From Campylobacteraceae bacterium (GTDB lineage Bacteria > Campylobacterota > Campylobacteria > Campylobacterales > Campylobacteraceae): a stretch of 30,823 nucleotides of DNA. The notes below the pieces were generated by a model. It was given only the letters and a program-made list of their open reading frames with translations, was not told where the DNA came from and did no database searches. This document shows, piece after piece, positions 7,757 to 18,781 of the stretch. The stretch spans positions 1 to 30,823 of the forward strand of contig JAISAU010000015.1 of assembly GCA_031266555.1 (NCBI GenBank), in the 5' to 3' direction. Numbering within the stretch: position 1 is the stretch's first letter; every line of letters begins with the position of its first letter. Made by a program: the position numbers and the translations under genes.

Positions 7757-9120
7757 ACTGTTTTGCTGAAGCGGCGCAACTCTTCAGGCACTTTTCGCAA
7801 ATATGCGTCAAACGGCATACAGATATTTCGGATAAGAAACGTTCCTGTTTTGCTTACATGTAAGAAATCTTTGTCAATACTCACAAGCCCTTCGTCTATA
7901 AAAGGTTGTAAAGCTTTTACCTCGTCTTTAAAATAGCTGAAAAAATCCGCGTTAAAACGTTTTTGAAAATTTGATATATTTAGCTTACAGTTGCTCATCA
8001 TCTCCATAATCACGGCTTTTCTGATAACATCGTCGTCGCTTAGTACCAAACCTCTCATGACGGGCAGTTTTTCGTTATCTATAGCTTCTTCGTAAGAACT
8101 CATTTCTCGGAAATTTTGCGCGTAATGTCTCTCGCCCTCGCCTATGCTTGTAAGTCCTATACCTATCAAATCAGTACCGCCTTTTGTGGTATATCCTTGA
8201 AAGTTTCTATGAAGCTCTCCTTTTTCAATCGCTAAAAAAAGTTCGTCTTTAGGTTTGGCGAAGTGATCCATTCCTATCATTTTATATCCGTTCGACTCTA
8301 AAAAATCGATAGTATAACGCATTATTGAAAGTTTTTCTTTTGGACTTGGCAACGTGGTTTCATCAAATTTTCTCATAGTTTTTTTCATCCACGGCACATG
8401 TGCGTAGTTAAAAACGGCATATCTGTCTATGTCAAGTTCCAAAGATTTTTGCAAAGTGTTTTTAAAAGTATCAAGGCTTTGATACGGAAGCCCGTATATC
8501 AAATCCATATTGATAGAATTAATCCCAGCTTTTCGCGCAATGTCAACAGCGTTTTTGGTAACTTCAAAAGGTTGTACGCGATGAACCTCTTCTTGTACTT
8601 TTCCATCAAAATCCTGCGCGCCGAAACTTATACGATTAAAACCGTTATCTCTTAAAACGCTCATTTGCTCTTTTGTAAAAAATCTCGGGTCTATCTCGCA
8701 ACTTATCTCGGCGTTCTTGGCAATTTTAGGAAATGTTTCCCATATGGCTTTTATGATTTTTTCAAGTTGAGAAGCGTTAAAAAAGGTTGGTGTCCCGCCA
8801 CCAAAATGCAACTGTAAAACCTCTCTTTTTGTATCGAGGAAACGCGAAAGTATTGCAAACTCTTTTTTTAGATACTCGATATAACGCTCTTTTTTTTCCT
8901 CTTTGCTGGTATACACCACGTTACAGCCGCAAAAATAACAAGCGGATCTGCAAAAAGGCATATGCGCGTACAAAGAAAGTTTTTTGCTTTTGTCTTGATT
9001 TTTTAATATCTCTTCATAATCCTTCACGCCAAATTCATCGCTAAATTCCGGTGCGGTAGGATAACTCGTATAACGAGGCCCCGGTTTTGAATATTTTACA
9101 AATTGCTCAAAATCAATCAT
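7753..9120 (-). CDS. hemN: Oxygen-independent coproporphyrinogen III oxidase (radical SAM).
   Basis: 455 aa. The N-terminal PGPRYTSYPTA and the radical-SAM CxxxCxxC motif (CRSACYFCGC) are typical of HemN. Confidence 0.9.
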   Translation of the reverse strand: MIDFEQFVKYSKPGPRYTSYPTAPEFSDEFGVKDYEEILKNQDKSKKLSLYAHMPFCRSACYFCGCNVVYTSKEEKKERYIEYLKKEFAILSRFLDTKREVLQLHFGGGTPTFFNASQLEKIIKAIWETFPKIAKNAEISCEIDPRFFTKEQMSVLRDNGFNRISFGAQDFDGKVQEEVHRVQPFEVTKNAVDIARKAGINSINMDLIYGLPYQSLDTFKNTLQKSLELDIDRYAVFNYAHVPWMKKTMRKFDETTLPSPKEKLSIMRYTIDFLESNGYKMIGMDHFAKPKDELFLAIEKGELHRNFQGYTTKGGTDLIGIGLTSIGEGERHYAQNFREMSSYEEAIDNEKLPVMRGLVLSDDDVIRKAVIMEMMSNCKLNISNFQKRFNADFFSYFKDEVKALQPFIDEGLVSIDKDFLHVSKTGTFLIRNICMPFDAYLRKVPEELRRFSKTV

Positions 9121-9129
9121 TAAACTCTC

Positions 9130-9633
9130 TTAATCCATCAAATTATTCGGCACGATGTTGCTATAGATCCCTTTTAAATCGACAAATAAAGACGGGTGCG
9201 CTTTTTTGATATTTCCAATGAGTTTTTCAATATCTATTTTAACAGCTTGCGTATTATCGCTTTTTTTAGCCATACGCCTTATTTCGTCCATAGCCACGAC
9301 CCAAACGTCCCCAAAATCTACCGGCAAATGTTTCCAAATAGTCTTTTCTAATTTTAATTCAAAATTTTCCTGCCCTAAAGTCTTTAAATTTTCAATCATT
9401 CTTGTAAGCGTGTCCAAAGATACCATCGTATGTATTTTTTTCTTCTCGTCTATGACAAACCAAGGTTCTTTAGCTTCCCAACTGCCGCTTTTAAGATTTA
9501 AAGACTTGACGTCGGGATTATCCGTGAGTTCTACTTCAAGTATGGTCTTGTCGTCTTTATCGTTAATACCTATATTTTTAGAGATGGTATTAATCTTGTC
9601 GTATACCGTTATCTCATTTTTACTTTCGTCCAT
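9130..9633 (-). CDS. Hypothetical protein lying between argF and hemN.
   Basis: 167-aa ORF with no recognisable motif. My recollection is that C. jejuni has a small hypothetical gene in the same position. Confidence 0.6.
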   Translation of the reverse strand: MDESKNEITVYDKINTISKNIGINDKDDKTILEVELTDNPDVKSLNLKSGSWEAKEPWFVIDEKKKIHTMVSLDTLTRMIENLKTLGQENFELKLEKTIWKHLPVDFGDVWVVAMDEIRRMAKKSDNTQAVKIDIEKLIGNIKKAHPSLFVDLKGIYSNIVPNNLMD

Positions 9634-9651
9634 ATTCTAATCCGTTTTTTA

Positions 9652-10578
9652 TTAATTTTTACGTTGTCTATCTAACCAAACCATAACCGCTTTTTGTACA
9701 TGTAGTCTATTTTCAGCTTCGTCAAATATCTCATTGGCGTGCGCTTCAAAAACCTCATCGCTTACCTCGTATCCTCTGTACGCAGGCAAACAATGCAAAA
9801 ATATCGCGTCTTTTTTCGCTAAAGCCATCATTTTTTTATCTATCATAAAACCTTCAAAATATTTTATTCTTTTCTCTTTCTCGTCTTCTTGTCCCATAGA
9901 TACCCATGTATCGGTTGTAACAACGCCGGCGTTTTTAACGGCGTCTTTTGGGTTTTCGCATATAGATATTTTAGAGCCGCTCTTTTTCGCGAACTCATAC
10001 GCGTTTTTAAGAACGTCTTGATCTGCTTCATACCCTTTTGGCGTTGATATACGAAGCTCAAATCCGATTTTTGAAGCGAGCATAAGCCACGAATTAGCAA
10101 TATTGTTGCCATCGCCTACATACGCCGCTACCAAATTTTTGTCTTTGCCGTATTCGCAAATAGTCATATAATCCGCTAAAAGCTGCATAGGGTGATAAGT
10201 GTCGCTAAGTCCGCTGATAAGCGGAACGCTTGAGTATTTCGCGAATTCTTCGAGCCTATCTTGTCCAAAAGTTCTTATCATTACCATATCTACCATACGG
10301 CTTAAAACTCTCGCCGTATCTTTTAAAGGTTCTCCGCGTCCGAGCTGTATATCGTCTGTTGATAAAAAAAGTCCCTTTCCTCCAAGCTGGTGAATTCCCA
10401 CTTCAAAACTAACTCTAGTTCTTGTGGAACTTTTTTCAAATATCATTCCCAAAACTTTATCTTTTAAATACGGGTTGAATTTACCCTTTTTCGCTTTTCT
10501 TTTTATCTTTACAGCCAAAGATAAAATCTCTAAAATCTCATCTTTACTGAAATCTTTCAATGTTAGAAAGTGTCTCAT
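9652..10578 (-). CDS. argF: Ornithine carbamoyltransferase.
   Basis: 308 aa. Carbamoyl-phosphate site STRTR and ornithine site HCLPA are present. Confidence 0.9.
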   Translation of the reverse strand: MRHFLTLKDFSKDEILEILSLAVKIKRKAKKGKFNPYLKDKVLGMIFEKSSTRTRVSFEVGIHQLGGKGLFLSTDDIQLGRGEPLKDTARVLSRMVDMVMIRTFGQDRLEEFAKYSSVPLISGLSDTYHPMQLLADYMTICEYGKDKNLVAAYVGDGNNIANSWLMLASKIGFELRISTPKGYEADQDVLKNAYEFAKKSGSKISICENPKDAVKNAGVVTTDTWVSMGQEDEKEKRIKYFEGFMIDKKMMALAKKDAIFLHCLPAYRGYEVSDEVFEAHANEIFDEAENRLHVQKAVMVWLDRQRKN

Positions 10579-11564
10579 AAATATCCTTTACTCTTCGCAA
10601 GCAGTTCGGCCGCTTCTTTTGCGTGATAACTTATGATTATGTCGGCGCCTGCTCTTTTGAAACTTGTCAATGTTTCCATTAAAACTTTTTCATAGTCAAT
10701 CACGCCCGCTTTTCCAGCCGCCTTTAGCATAGAATATTCGCCGCTTACATTATATACGCAAAGAGGCAAAAGCGAAGCTTCTCTTATGTCTCTTACTATA
10801 TCAAGATAAGCAAGAGCGGGCTTTACCATCAAAATATCGGCTCCTTGCGCCTCGTCTTCCAAAGATTCCGCCAAAGCTTCGCGTCTGTTGGAGAAATTCA
10901 TCTGATAACTTTTCCTATCTCCAAAACTTGGGCAAGATTCCGCTACATCGCGAAACGGTCCGTAATACGCGCTCGAGAATTTTGTAGAATAGCTCATGAT
11001 AGGCAGGTTGACAAATCCGTTTTCGTCTAAAACGTCTCTTATGGCTTCAACCGTTCCGTCCATCATTCCGCTCGGCGCTATCAAATCAGAACCCGAATAC
11101 GCATGTATAAGAGCTTGTTTTTGAGTAATCTCCAAAGTGGCGTCATTGTCCACGCTATTATGCTCTAAATCCAAAATACCGCAATGTCCGTGATCTGTAT
11201 ATTCGCAAAAGCACAAATCAGTCGCTATAAGCAAATCTTTGCCATAAACTTTTTTTATCTCTCTGACGGCTCTTGCTATTATACCGTCCTCGCTCAAAGC
11301 GTCGCTTCCTATGCTGTCTTTAACATCGGGGATACCAAAAAGCAGTATTTTATTTAAACCAAGCTTTAAAAGTCCTTCGCATTCTTTTATAATTTCATCT
11401 ACGCTCATTTGAAAAACACCAGGCATTGAAACTATCTCTTTTTTGACGCCTTTGCCCTCTTTAGCAAAAAGCGGATAGATAAAATCTCTTGTCTCTACCC
11501 TACTCTCTTCTACCAAATCTCTAATAATCGGATTTACTCTAACTCTTCTAAATCTTTTAAACAT
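10575..11564 (-). CDS. hemB: Porphobilinogen synthase (delta-aminolevulinic acid dehydratase).
   Basis: 329 aa. ALAD family blocks are present (active-site region around GPFRD). The stop overlaps the argF start. Confidence 0.9.
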   Translation of the reverse strand: MFKRFRRVRVNPIIRDLVEESRVETRDFIYPLFAKEGKGVKKEIVSMPGVFQMSVDEIIKECEGLLKLGLNKILLFGIPDVKDSIGSDALSEDGIIARAVREIKKVYGKDLLIATDLCFCEYTDHGHCGILDLEHNSVDNDATLEITQKQALIHAYSGSDLIAPSGMMDGTVEAIRDVLDENGFVNLPIMSYSTKFSSAYYGPFRDVAESCPSFGDRKSYQMNFSNRREALAESLEDEAQGADILMVKPALAYLDIVRDIREASLLPLCVYNVSGEYSMLKAAGKAGVIDYEKVLMETLTSFKRAGADIIISYHAKEAAELLAKSKGYL

Positions 11565-11825
11565 GTAAAACCTTTTGTTCGTATCTACTTAATTTTATAT
11601 AGCTTTATTATAATGTTTTCACTAAGTTTTTTTGCCGCAAATCTACATTATTTTAAAAGCAGAATAAAAATTTACATTTTATCATAAAAAAATGAAAAGG
11701 TTTTGTAAACAAGATAAAACTTGTATATTTGTAACAAAACATAGTATTGAATGTAGTATAAAAACATTTTTAATTGAAAAAAAATACTTTTTTAAGTATA
11801 ATATAGGATTAAAATTAAATATAAA

Positions 11826-14800
11826 ATGGGAATTACAAAAATGAGTTTAAACGAGCAAAATTTGCAAAATCAATCTCAGTTATTACACATTGGAATTGAC
11901 GTAGGCTCAACTACAGTTAAATTAGTAGTGCTTGATTCCTCCCAAAATTTGCTCCATAGCATATACACAAGACATCACTCTGAGGTTCGCAAGTGTATCA
12001 TTAAATGTATCTTAGATCTAAAAAATTGTCTTTTTTATTCCCCTTTAAGCAAAGCAACCATAACAATAGCAGGAAGCGGCGGAATGGATATCGCGCTTTT
12101 GACCGATATTCCATTTGTCCAAGAAGTTATCGCGTGCGCTAAAGCCGTTGAAAATTTTATACCGCAAACCGATGTTTGCATAGAACTTGGCGGAGAAGAC
12201 GCGAAAATCACATTTTTCACAAACGGTGTGGAACAACGAATGAACGGTACATGTGCCGGCGGTACGGGCGCTTTTATAGATCAAATGGCAATGCTTTTAA
12301 AAACAGACGCCGGCGGCTTAAACGAATTAGCGAAGAATGCGAAAAATATCTATCCTATAGCCGCAAGGTGCGGCGTTTTTGCCAAAACGGACGTACAGCC
12401 TTTATTAAACGAGGGAGTTAATAAAGGAGATATCGCTCTTTCAATATTTCAAGCGGTCGCTAATCAAACTATAAGCGGACTCGCGTGCGGCAGAAAAATA
12501 AAAGGAAACGTCGTATTCTTAGGCGGTCCGTTAAATTTTTTAAGCGAATTGAAAAATAGATTTATTGATATTTTGGAGCTTAAAGACGAAAATATCGTAA
12601 AGCCCAATCACAGCGAACTTTTTGTAGCGCTGGGAGCGGCTCTTTTTAATGATAAAACATTAACCCTTCAAGAGATTGTAGACCTTTTTGAAAATCTAAC
12701 CTCAAACACCACAAGTTCAATAAATACGTTAAGAGCGCTTTTTTTAGATGATAAAGAGAGACAAGATTTTGAAGATAGACACAATAAAGCGAATATCAAA
12801 AAAATTGATTTGAAAGATTATAAAGGAGACGCGTTTTTAGGATTTGATTGCGGTTCTACCACGACAAAAGCCGTACTTTTAAGCCGCGATAATGAAATGT
12901 TGTACGAATTTTACGGAAGCAATGAGGGCGAGCCTTTAAAAGTTGTCAAAAACATTTTAAGCGACATTTACGAAAAACTTCCTTCACATGTAAGGATAGC
13001 CTTCTCTTGCGTAACCGGATACGGCGAAGCGCTCACAAAAGAAGCTTACAAAATAGATACGTCCGAAGTTGAGACGATAGCGCATTATAAAGCCGCAAGT
13101 TTTTTTATGAAAGACGTTGATTGTATTGTGGATATCGGCGGACAAGATATGAAATACGTTCGTATCAAAAACGGCACAATTGACACTATTTTGTTAAACG
13201 AAGCTTGTTCGTCCGGATGCGGCTCGTTTATAGAGACTTTCGCGCATTCTGTAAATATGCAAGTAAACGAATTTGGCAAAGCGGCGCTTGATTCAAAACG
13301 TCCTTGCGATTTAGGTTCGCGATGTACTGTTTTTATGAATTCAAGTGTAAAGCAAGCTCAAAAAGAAGGTTTAAGCATAGGAGATATATCGGCGGGACTT
13401 TCATACGCCGTCATTAAAAACGCTCTAATTAAAGTAATAAAACTTAAAAATCCGGAAGATTTGGGAGAACATATCATCGTTCAAGGCGGAACTTTTTATA
13501 ACGATTCTGTTTTAAGGGCGTTTGAACTTATCTCAAAAAGAGACGTCGTAAGACCAAAAATAGCGGGTCTTATGGGCGCTTTCGGAGCCGCGTTGCTCGC
13601 GAAAGAAAGATATGACGGAGTAACCGATACGACATTGCTTCAAACAAAAACTTTACAAGATTTTACAATAAAGCATTCCATGTTAAGATGTCACGCTTGC
13701 TCAAATTCTTGCGCCATGACGTTAAATCGTTTCGGAGACGGCAGGAAATTCATAACCGGCAACAGATGTGAAAAGGGTGCCGGAAAAACAAGCTCTAACT
13801 TCTCCTTGCCAAACTTATATGATTATAAATACAAAAGACTCTTTTCTTATATGCCAAATACTAACTCGAAATTTGGTAAAGTCGGTATTCCACGCGCTTT
13901 AAACATGTATGAAAATTACCCTTTTTGGTTTACGTTTTTAACAAATATAGGTTTTGAGGTTATACTCTCAGACGAATCTTCAAAAACTCTACTTGAAAAA
14001 GGGCTTGATACGCTGCCTTCGGATTCTATATGTTATCCCGCCAAACTGGTACACGGACATATCGTGAACCTCATAGAAAAGGGGGTAAAAACTATATTTT
14101 ATCCTTGCGTAACTTACGAGCAGCAAGAATTTCACGACACGCATGAACATTATAATTGCCCTGTCGTTATCTCATATCCCGAACAGATTAGAAATAATAT
14201 AGATTTGGTGAAAGAAAAAAATATAAATTACATTCAACCGTTTTTGTCTTTGGAAAATAAAGAAAAACTTTATTCAAGGCTGGTTGATGTTTTTAAATCT
14301 TTTGGCATACCCTCAGCGCTTATCAAAGCGTCTTTGAATATCGCTTGGGAAGAGCAGTTAAACTTCAAAAGGGATTTGCAAAGAAAAGGCGAAGAGACCG
14401 TTGAGTTTTTAAAAAGCACAAATACCCACGGCATTATCTTGTCCGGTCGACCGTATCACCTTGACCCTGAAATTCATCATGGAATTCCGCAAGTTATAAC
14501 TTCGCTTGGAATGGCGGTTTTAACGGAAGATAGCATATCTCACATGGGAGGATTGGAAAATCCCTTGAGGGTGGTAGACCAATGGGCTTATCACGCGAGA
14601 TTATATCGCGCCGCCTCTTTTGCGGGCAAATGCGACTTTCTTGACCTAATACAGTTAAACTCTTTTGGGTGCGGAATTGATTCCGTTACGACAGATCAAG
14701 TGCAAGAGTTGCTTGAACAACGAAACAAAATTTACACTTGTATTAAAATAGACGAAGTAAATAACCTCGGAGCGGTAAAGATTAGAATTCGCTCTTTGAA

Positions 14801-16145
14801 AGCGGCTCTGTTGGAACGCGAGAAAAATATTGATTTTACAAAAATGAGTTTTAGCGCAGAACCTAAATACAAAAAGGTCGCGTTCACAAAGCAGATGAAA
14901 GCAGAAGGATACACCATCATCGCTCCGCAGATGTCTCCTATACATTTTCAGTTTTTACAAACCTCTTTTATTACATGCGGATACAATTTTAAATTGTTAG
15001 AACATGTGGGAGAAAACGCTATAGACGACGGATTGAAGTACGTAAACAACGACGCTTGTTATCCGTCTATCATTGTCATAGGACAAGTCATAAACGAGTT
15101 AAAAACAGGTGATCACGATCTTGATAAAACTGCCGTTATGATGGTTCAAACAGGAGGCGGATGCAGAGCCACAAATTATATAGCGTATCTTAGAAAAGCT
15201 TTAGCGGACGCCGGATTTTCTCAAATTCCCGTTATATCTTTTAATATGCTTGGAATGGAACGAAATGACGGATTTGGCTTATCACTTCCTTTGCTAAACC
15301 GTCTGATGATGGGTTGCGTTTACGGCGACGTTTTAATGCAAACGCTTTTTAGAACGAGACCTTACGAGAGCGTAAAAGGGTCGGCTAATGAGCTGTTTTA
15401 CAAATGGTCTGAGCGATGTAAAGAAGCGTTAAAAGACGCTAAGTTTAAAACATTTAACGCGAACATTGATGGGATTATTCGCGATTTTGACAATCTTCCT
15501 CTGCTTGATATAAAAAAGCCTCGCGTAGGACTTGTGGGCGAAATACTGGTTAAATATCATCCTACCGCCAATAATGACATAGTTGATATCATAGAAAAAG
15601 AAGGTTGCGAAGCGGTTATGCCCGGACTTATGGAATTTTTACTCTATTGCGCTTACGGTTATGGTTTCAGCCACAAATATTTATCAAAAAGCGCTTTCGC
15701 CGCGCTTGCAGGAAAAGCCGCTATTCAGGCTATGGAATTTTATAAACGACAAGCCAGGAAATCTTTAAAGCAGAGCAAACGCTTTATGGAACCAGCCAAA
15801 ATAGACGAGCTTGCGTTTGGAGCGGCGCCTATTTTATCGCGTGGAAATCAAACGGGAGAAGGATGGTTTCTAACCGCTGAGATGGTGCATTTGATACACG
15901 ATGGAGTGCCGAACATAGTTTGTATGCAACCGTTCGCTTGCTTGCCTAATCATATAACAGGCAAAGGCACGTTAAAAGCTTTAAAACAGCACTATCCGCA
16001 AGCAAATATCACGGCAATAGATTATGATCCCGGATCTTCCGCGGTCAATCAATTAAACCGTATTAAACTAATGCTAAGCGTCGCGTTTAAAAATTTAAAT
16101 AAACAAACAGACGACATAGACGAATTCAGCGAGATAACGTTATAA
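11826..16145 (+). CDS. Large fusion protein: two tandem BadF/BadG/BcrA/BcrD-type activase ATPase domains (CoA-substrate-specific enzyme activase) plus a C-terminal 2-hydroxyacyl-CoA dehydratase (HgdB/HgdC-like) domain.
   Basis: 1439 aa. Actin-fold phosphate-1 motifs GIDVGSTTVK (aa ~22) and GFDCGSTTTK (aa ~335), DIGGQD-type motifs, and a cysteine-rich C-terminal ~800 aa. A TATAAT sits at ~11797. The exact start is uncertain (11826 or 11847). Confidence 0.75.
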   Translation: MGITKMSLNEQNLQNQSQLLHIGIDVGSTTVKLVVLDSSQNLLHSIYTRHHSEVRKCIIKCILDLKNCLFYSPLSKATITIAGSGGMDIALLTDIPFVQEVIACAKAVENFIPQTDVCIELGGEDAKITFFTNGVEQRMNGTCAGGTGAFIDQMAMLLKTDAGGLNELAKNAKNIYPIAARCGVFAKTDVQPLLNEGVNKGDIALSIFQAVANQTISGLACGRKIKGNVVFLGGPLNFLSELKNRFIDILELKDENIVKPNHSELFVALGAALFNDKTLTLQEIVDLFENLTSNTTSSINTLRALFLDDKERQDFEDRHNKANIKKIDLKDYKGDAFLGFDCGSTTTKAVLLSRDNEMLYEFYGSNEGEPLKVVKNILSDIYEKLPSHVRIAFSCVTGYGEALTKEAYKIDTSEVETIAHYKAASFFMKDVDCIVDIGGQDMKYVRIKNGTIDTILLNEACSSGCGSFIETFAHSVNMQVNEFGKAALDSKRPCDLGSRCTVFMNSSVKQAQKEGLSIGDISAGLSYAVIKNALIKVIKLKNPEDLGEHIIVQGGTFYNDSVLRAFELISKRDVVRPKIAGLMGAFGAALLAKERYDGVTDTTLLQTKTLQDFTIKHSMLRCHACSNSCAMTLNRFGDGRKFITGNRCEKGAGKTSSNFSLPNLYDYKYKRLFSYMPNTNSKFGKVGIPRALNMYENYPFWFTFLTNIGFEVILSDESSKTLLEKGLDTLPSDSICYPAKLVHGHIVNLIEKGVKTIFYPCVTYEQQEFHDTHEHYNCPVVISYPEQIRNNIDLVKEKNINYIQPFLSLENKEKLYSRLVDVFKSFGIPSALIKASLNIAWEEQLNFKRDLQRKGEETVEFLKSTNTHGIILSGRPYHLDPEIHHGIPQVITSLGMAVLTEDSISHMGGLENPLRVVDQWAYHARLYRAASFAGKCDFLDLIQLNSFGCGIDSVTTDQVQELLEQRNKIYTCIKIDEVNNLGAVKIRIRSLKAALLEREKNIDFTKMSFSAEPKYKKVAFTKQMKAEGYTIIAPQMSPIHFQFLQTSFITCGYNFKLLEHVGENAIDDGLKYVNNDACYPSIIVIGQVINELKTGDHDLDKTAVMMVQTGGGCRATNYIAYLRKALADAGFSQIPVISFNMLGMERNDGFGLSLPLLNRLMMGCVYGDVLMQTLFRTRPYESVKGSANELFYKWSERCKEALKDAKFKTFNANIDGIIRDFDNLPLLDIKKPRVGLVGEILVKYHPTANNDIVDIIEKEGCEAVMPGLMEFLLYCAYGYGFSHKYLSKSAFAALAGKAAIQAMEFYKRQARKSLKQSKRFMEPAKIDELAFGAAPILSRGNQTGEGWFLTAEMVHLIHDGVPNIVCMQPFACLPNHITGKGTLKALKQHYPQANITAIDYDPGSSAVNQLNRIKLMLSVAFKNLNKQTDDIDEFSEITL

Positions 16146-16175
16146 ACGCGTTATCTTAAACCGCAATAATTTATG
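16133..16175 (+). terminator. Possible weak intrinsic terminator overlapping the stop codon of the large gene: stem GATAACG/CGTTATC with a 9-nt loop, then an A/T-rich tail.
   Basis: The hairpin is visible in the sequence; the U-tract is poor. Confidence 0.25.
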
Positions 16176-16750
16176 TCGCTTTTGAGAAACGAGCTTTGAA
16201 AAGCGATGATAAATTTCTGCTTTTAAGTTTACAATAATATATTTTTGCGCTTTTGTTACGATTAACATTCGCGCAAACTTTTTAAAAATACAAAATCCCA
16301 AGTCATTTTACAAGTATATTATTGTGCAAAAAATATATAAAATAAAACCGCTACATGTATGCGCAAAAAGTATCTGTATTTACTACATGTAAACATATAA
16401 TATTATTTTTTTAATCTCTACATGTAAGGATATTTTTCAGATAAAACATAGCGTTATTTATTAAAAATTCTATTTGTCGCATTTTTATTTTAGAGTTTAA
16501 GCGTTTTCGCCGCTTTTTTGGAGAATACAAATTCAAATTTCTTTTATAAATTTTAATGAGAAATGGTATGTATTTTACGCTTGAATAAGCCAAATATAAC
16601 TATTTTTCACAAATCGTTTTAATCTTTCGTATCAATCTCGCTTAAATAATTATTTTCATTTTTTCGTGAACTTTTTGATGAGGTTTAGTTTTAGTTATCC
16701 GATAAAATCGCCGCTCGGACTATTTATCTTTCATTTTTCGCGGTAAAAAC

Positions 16751-16826
<76 letters not shown>

Positions 16827-17008
16827 TTATAAAAATCACAATTATATAATGTTTTACACTACAAAAAGCTAAAAGTTGTAAAATATTTATCTCTTTTTTC
16901 GCTTTTAGCTCTTTAAAGACTGAAAATGTACCGTTTTAACCCGTTTTAAAGATACTATTTGCAAAAATGAGATAAAATTCATCTTTATTGTTAAAGGGAT
17001 AAATAGAT

Positions 17009-17572
17009 ATGGATATGGAAATTTCCCAAATCGCCAACCTTCCTTCTCGCTTCGGAGAGTTTAAGATACAAGCTTTTAAAGAGCGCGACAAAGAACACTT
17101 GGTGATTTTTAAAGAACCTTTCACGGATACGCCTATCGTTAGAATTCACAGCGAATGTTTAACCGGCGACGCTATAGGAAGTTTAAAGTGCGATTGTCGC
17201 GACCAACTCGAAAGCGCGTTAAAGTATATACAAAAAAACGGTGGAATGGTGATATATTTAAGGCAAGAGGGGCGAAATATAGGATTGCTTAATAAAATCA
17301 ACGCTTACGCCTTGCAAGACGAAGGCTTTGATACCGTCGAGGCAAATCATAAGCTTGGTTTTAAAGCGGACGAAAGAACTTACGAGGCGGTTGATTTTAT
17401 ATTTAAACATTTTGGATTTAAAACGATAAAGCTTTTGACAAATAATCCTGCGAAAATGATAAGTTTAAAAAGTGTCGAGATAGTTCAAAGAATTCCGATT
17501 GTAACCAAAGTAAACCCAAAAAACAGCTCGTATTTAAAAGTTAAAAAAGATAAAATGGGTCATCTATTTTAA
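17009..17572 (+). CDS. ribA: GTP cyclohydrolase II.
   Basis: 187 aa. The Zn-binding CxGxxxxxxCxC-type block (ECLTGDAIGSLKCDCRDQL) and the RNIGLL region are present. Confidence 0.85.
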   Translation: MDMEISQIANLPSRFGEFKIQAFKERDKEHLVIFKEPFTDTPIVRIHSECLTGDAIGSLKCDCRDQLESALKYIQKNGGMVIYLRQEGRNIGLLNKINAYALQDEGFDTVEANHKLGFKADERTYEAVDFIFKHFGFKTIKLLTNNPAKMISLKSVEIVQRIPIVTKVNPKNSSYLKVKKDKMGHLF

Positions 17573-17602
17573 AAAAATACTCTTTACATGTAAGGTAAAT
17601 TT

Positions 17603-18190
17603 TTGACGCAAAAATATAAACTAATAAATTTTTCTTTTCCAAATTTTTTTGAACAATCGGTAGAAGATTTTACCAAAATGCTGCTTTTATACAATAAAAC
17701 GCACAATATCACGGGTTCTAAAAACGCAACTGACATACAAGAAAACATATATGACAGCGTTTATCCGTTACAATTTTTAAACAATGAATTTAAAAACGCC
17801 ACAGACATAGGAAGCGGCGCTGGATTTCCAGCCGTTGTTTTAGCTCTTGCAATGCCATATTGTCACTTTACGCTGTATGAACCTATCGCTAAAAAAAGCG
17901 CGTTTTTACATCTGATAAAAAGCGAATTGGATATTTCAAATATCGATATAAAAACTTCAAGGATTGAAAAAGGTAAACCTAAAATTGTAGATCTCATCAC
18001 TTCTCGCGCCGTGTGCGGCACTGATTTACTAATAAAGTTATCTAAAGGTTTTTATGATAAAAATACGATTATGCTTTTTTACAAAGGACAAAAAGCCAAT
18101 GAAGAGATCGCGAATCTCAAAAACGCTCAGATTTTTACAAGAGGATTGCGAAGATATATTCTAATAAAAGGGTTGAATGGTGGCATATAA
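17603..18190 (+). CDS. rsmG: 16S rRNA m7G527 methyltransferase RsmG (GidB).
   Basis: 195 aa. SAM motif DIGSGAGFPAVVLAL. Start taken from the ORF track (TTG). Confidence 0.8.
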   Translation: MTQKYKLINFSFPNFFEQSVEDFTKMLLLYNKTHNITGSKNATDIQENIYDSVYPLQFLNNEFKNATDIGSGAGFPAVVLALAMPYCHFTLYEPIAKKSAFLHLIKSELDISNIDIKTSRIEKGKPKIVDLITSRAVCGTDLLIKLSKGFYDKNTIMLFYKGQKANEEIANLKNAQIFTRGLRRYILIKGLNGGI

Positions 18191-18392
18191 AATTATACTT
18201 TTTGTCATTTTGATATATCTCATATACGCTCTGTTTTTTGGCAGAAAAAGGAACACTCGAGACAAAAATCCATCTGAAGAAGAGTTAATGGTAGAGTGCG
18301 CTGCATGTAAAACATTTATTGGAATAAGCGAAGCGATAAAAAAAGATGGAAAATATTTTTGCTCTCAAAAATGTGCGAAGGTAAAACAATGA
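18177..18392 (+). CDS. Small membrane-anchored protein with a YHS/TRASH-type metal-binding motif.
   Basis: 71 aa. N-terminal TM helix (IILFVILIYLIYALFF), then CAACKTF...GKYFCSQKC, which resembles the YHS motif C-x2-C...YFCS-x2-C. It overlaps the rsmG stop and the next gene's start. Confidence 0.55.
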   Translation: MVAYKIILFVILIYLIYALFFGRKRNTRDKNPSEEELMVECAACKTFIGISEAIKKDGKYFCSQKCAKVKQ

Positions 18393-18781
18393 TAATTATA
18401 GGACACGATCTGGTTGCGTTTAAACCGTTTTATGAAATAAAAAATAGCGATGAGATAGCAAAAACTCCACCAAATTCAACTGTTATTTTTGAGTTTGAAG
18501 GTAATGAAAATATCATAAAATTCTGCCAAAAAAACGGTATAAATTTTGCCGTAGAGACAGATTCATCAAAAGAGGCTCTTTTAGCCAACGCCGCAGGAGC
18601 GTCGTATATAATATTAAGCGTTGATGTAGTGGCGCAAGATATACAAGATTTGGCTGAACACTATCTGTTTGACGCCAAGATACTGCTTAAAATAGACTAT
18701 GAAAATGAGATAATGGATGCGGCAGAATACGGTATAGACGGCGTTTTATTGCCTCAAGGAGTTATAAGTGGAAATTTTTAA
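18389..18781 (+). CDS. Hypothetical protein.
   Basis: 130 aa from the ATG at 18389 (RBS aaggt). The ORF track extends to 18359, but that stretch lies inside the previous gene. It overlaps the htpX start by 14 nt. Confidence 0.55.
   Translation: MIIIGHDLVAFKPFYEIKNSDEIAKTPPNSTVIFEFEGNENIIKFCQKNGINFAVETDSSKEALLANAAGASYIILSVDVVAQDIQDLAEHYLFDAKILLKIDYENEIMDAAEYGIDGVLLPQGVISGNF

Noticed and set aside
16411-16593. 60-aa minus-strand ORF in the long intergenic region before the tRNA-Lys
   Set aside because: No RBS and a K/R/N-rich, low-complexity sequence. The region is better explained as non-coding spacer carrying TACATGTA boxes.
16830-17008. Possible FMN riboswitch upstream of ribA
   Set aside because: No FMN-element conserved cores are visible. 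The stretch is AT-rich with only short direct repeats (CGTTTTAA x2).
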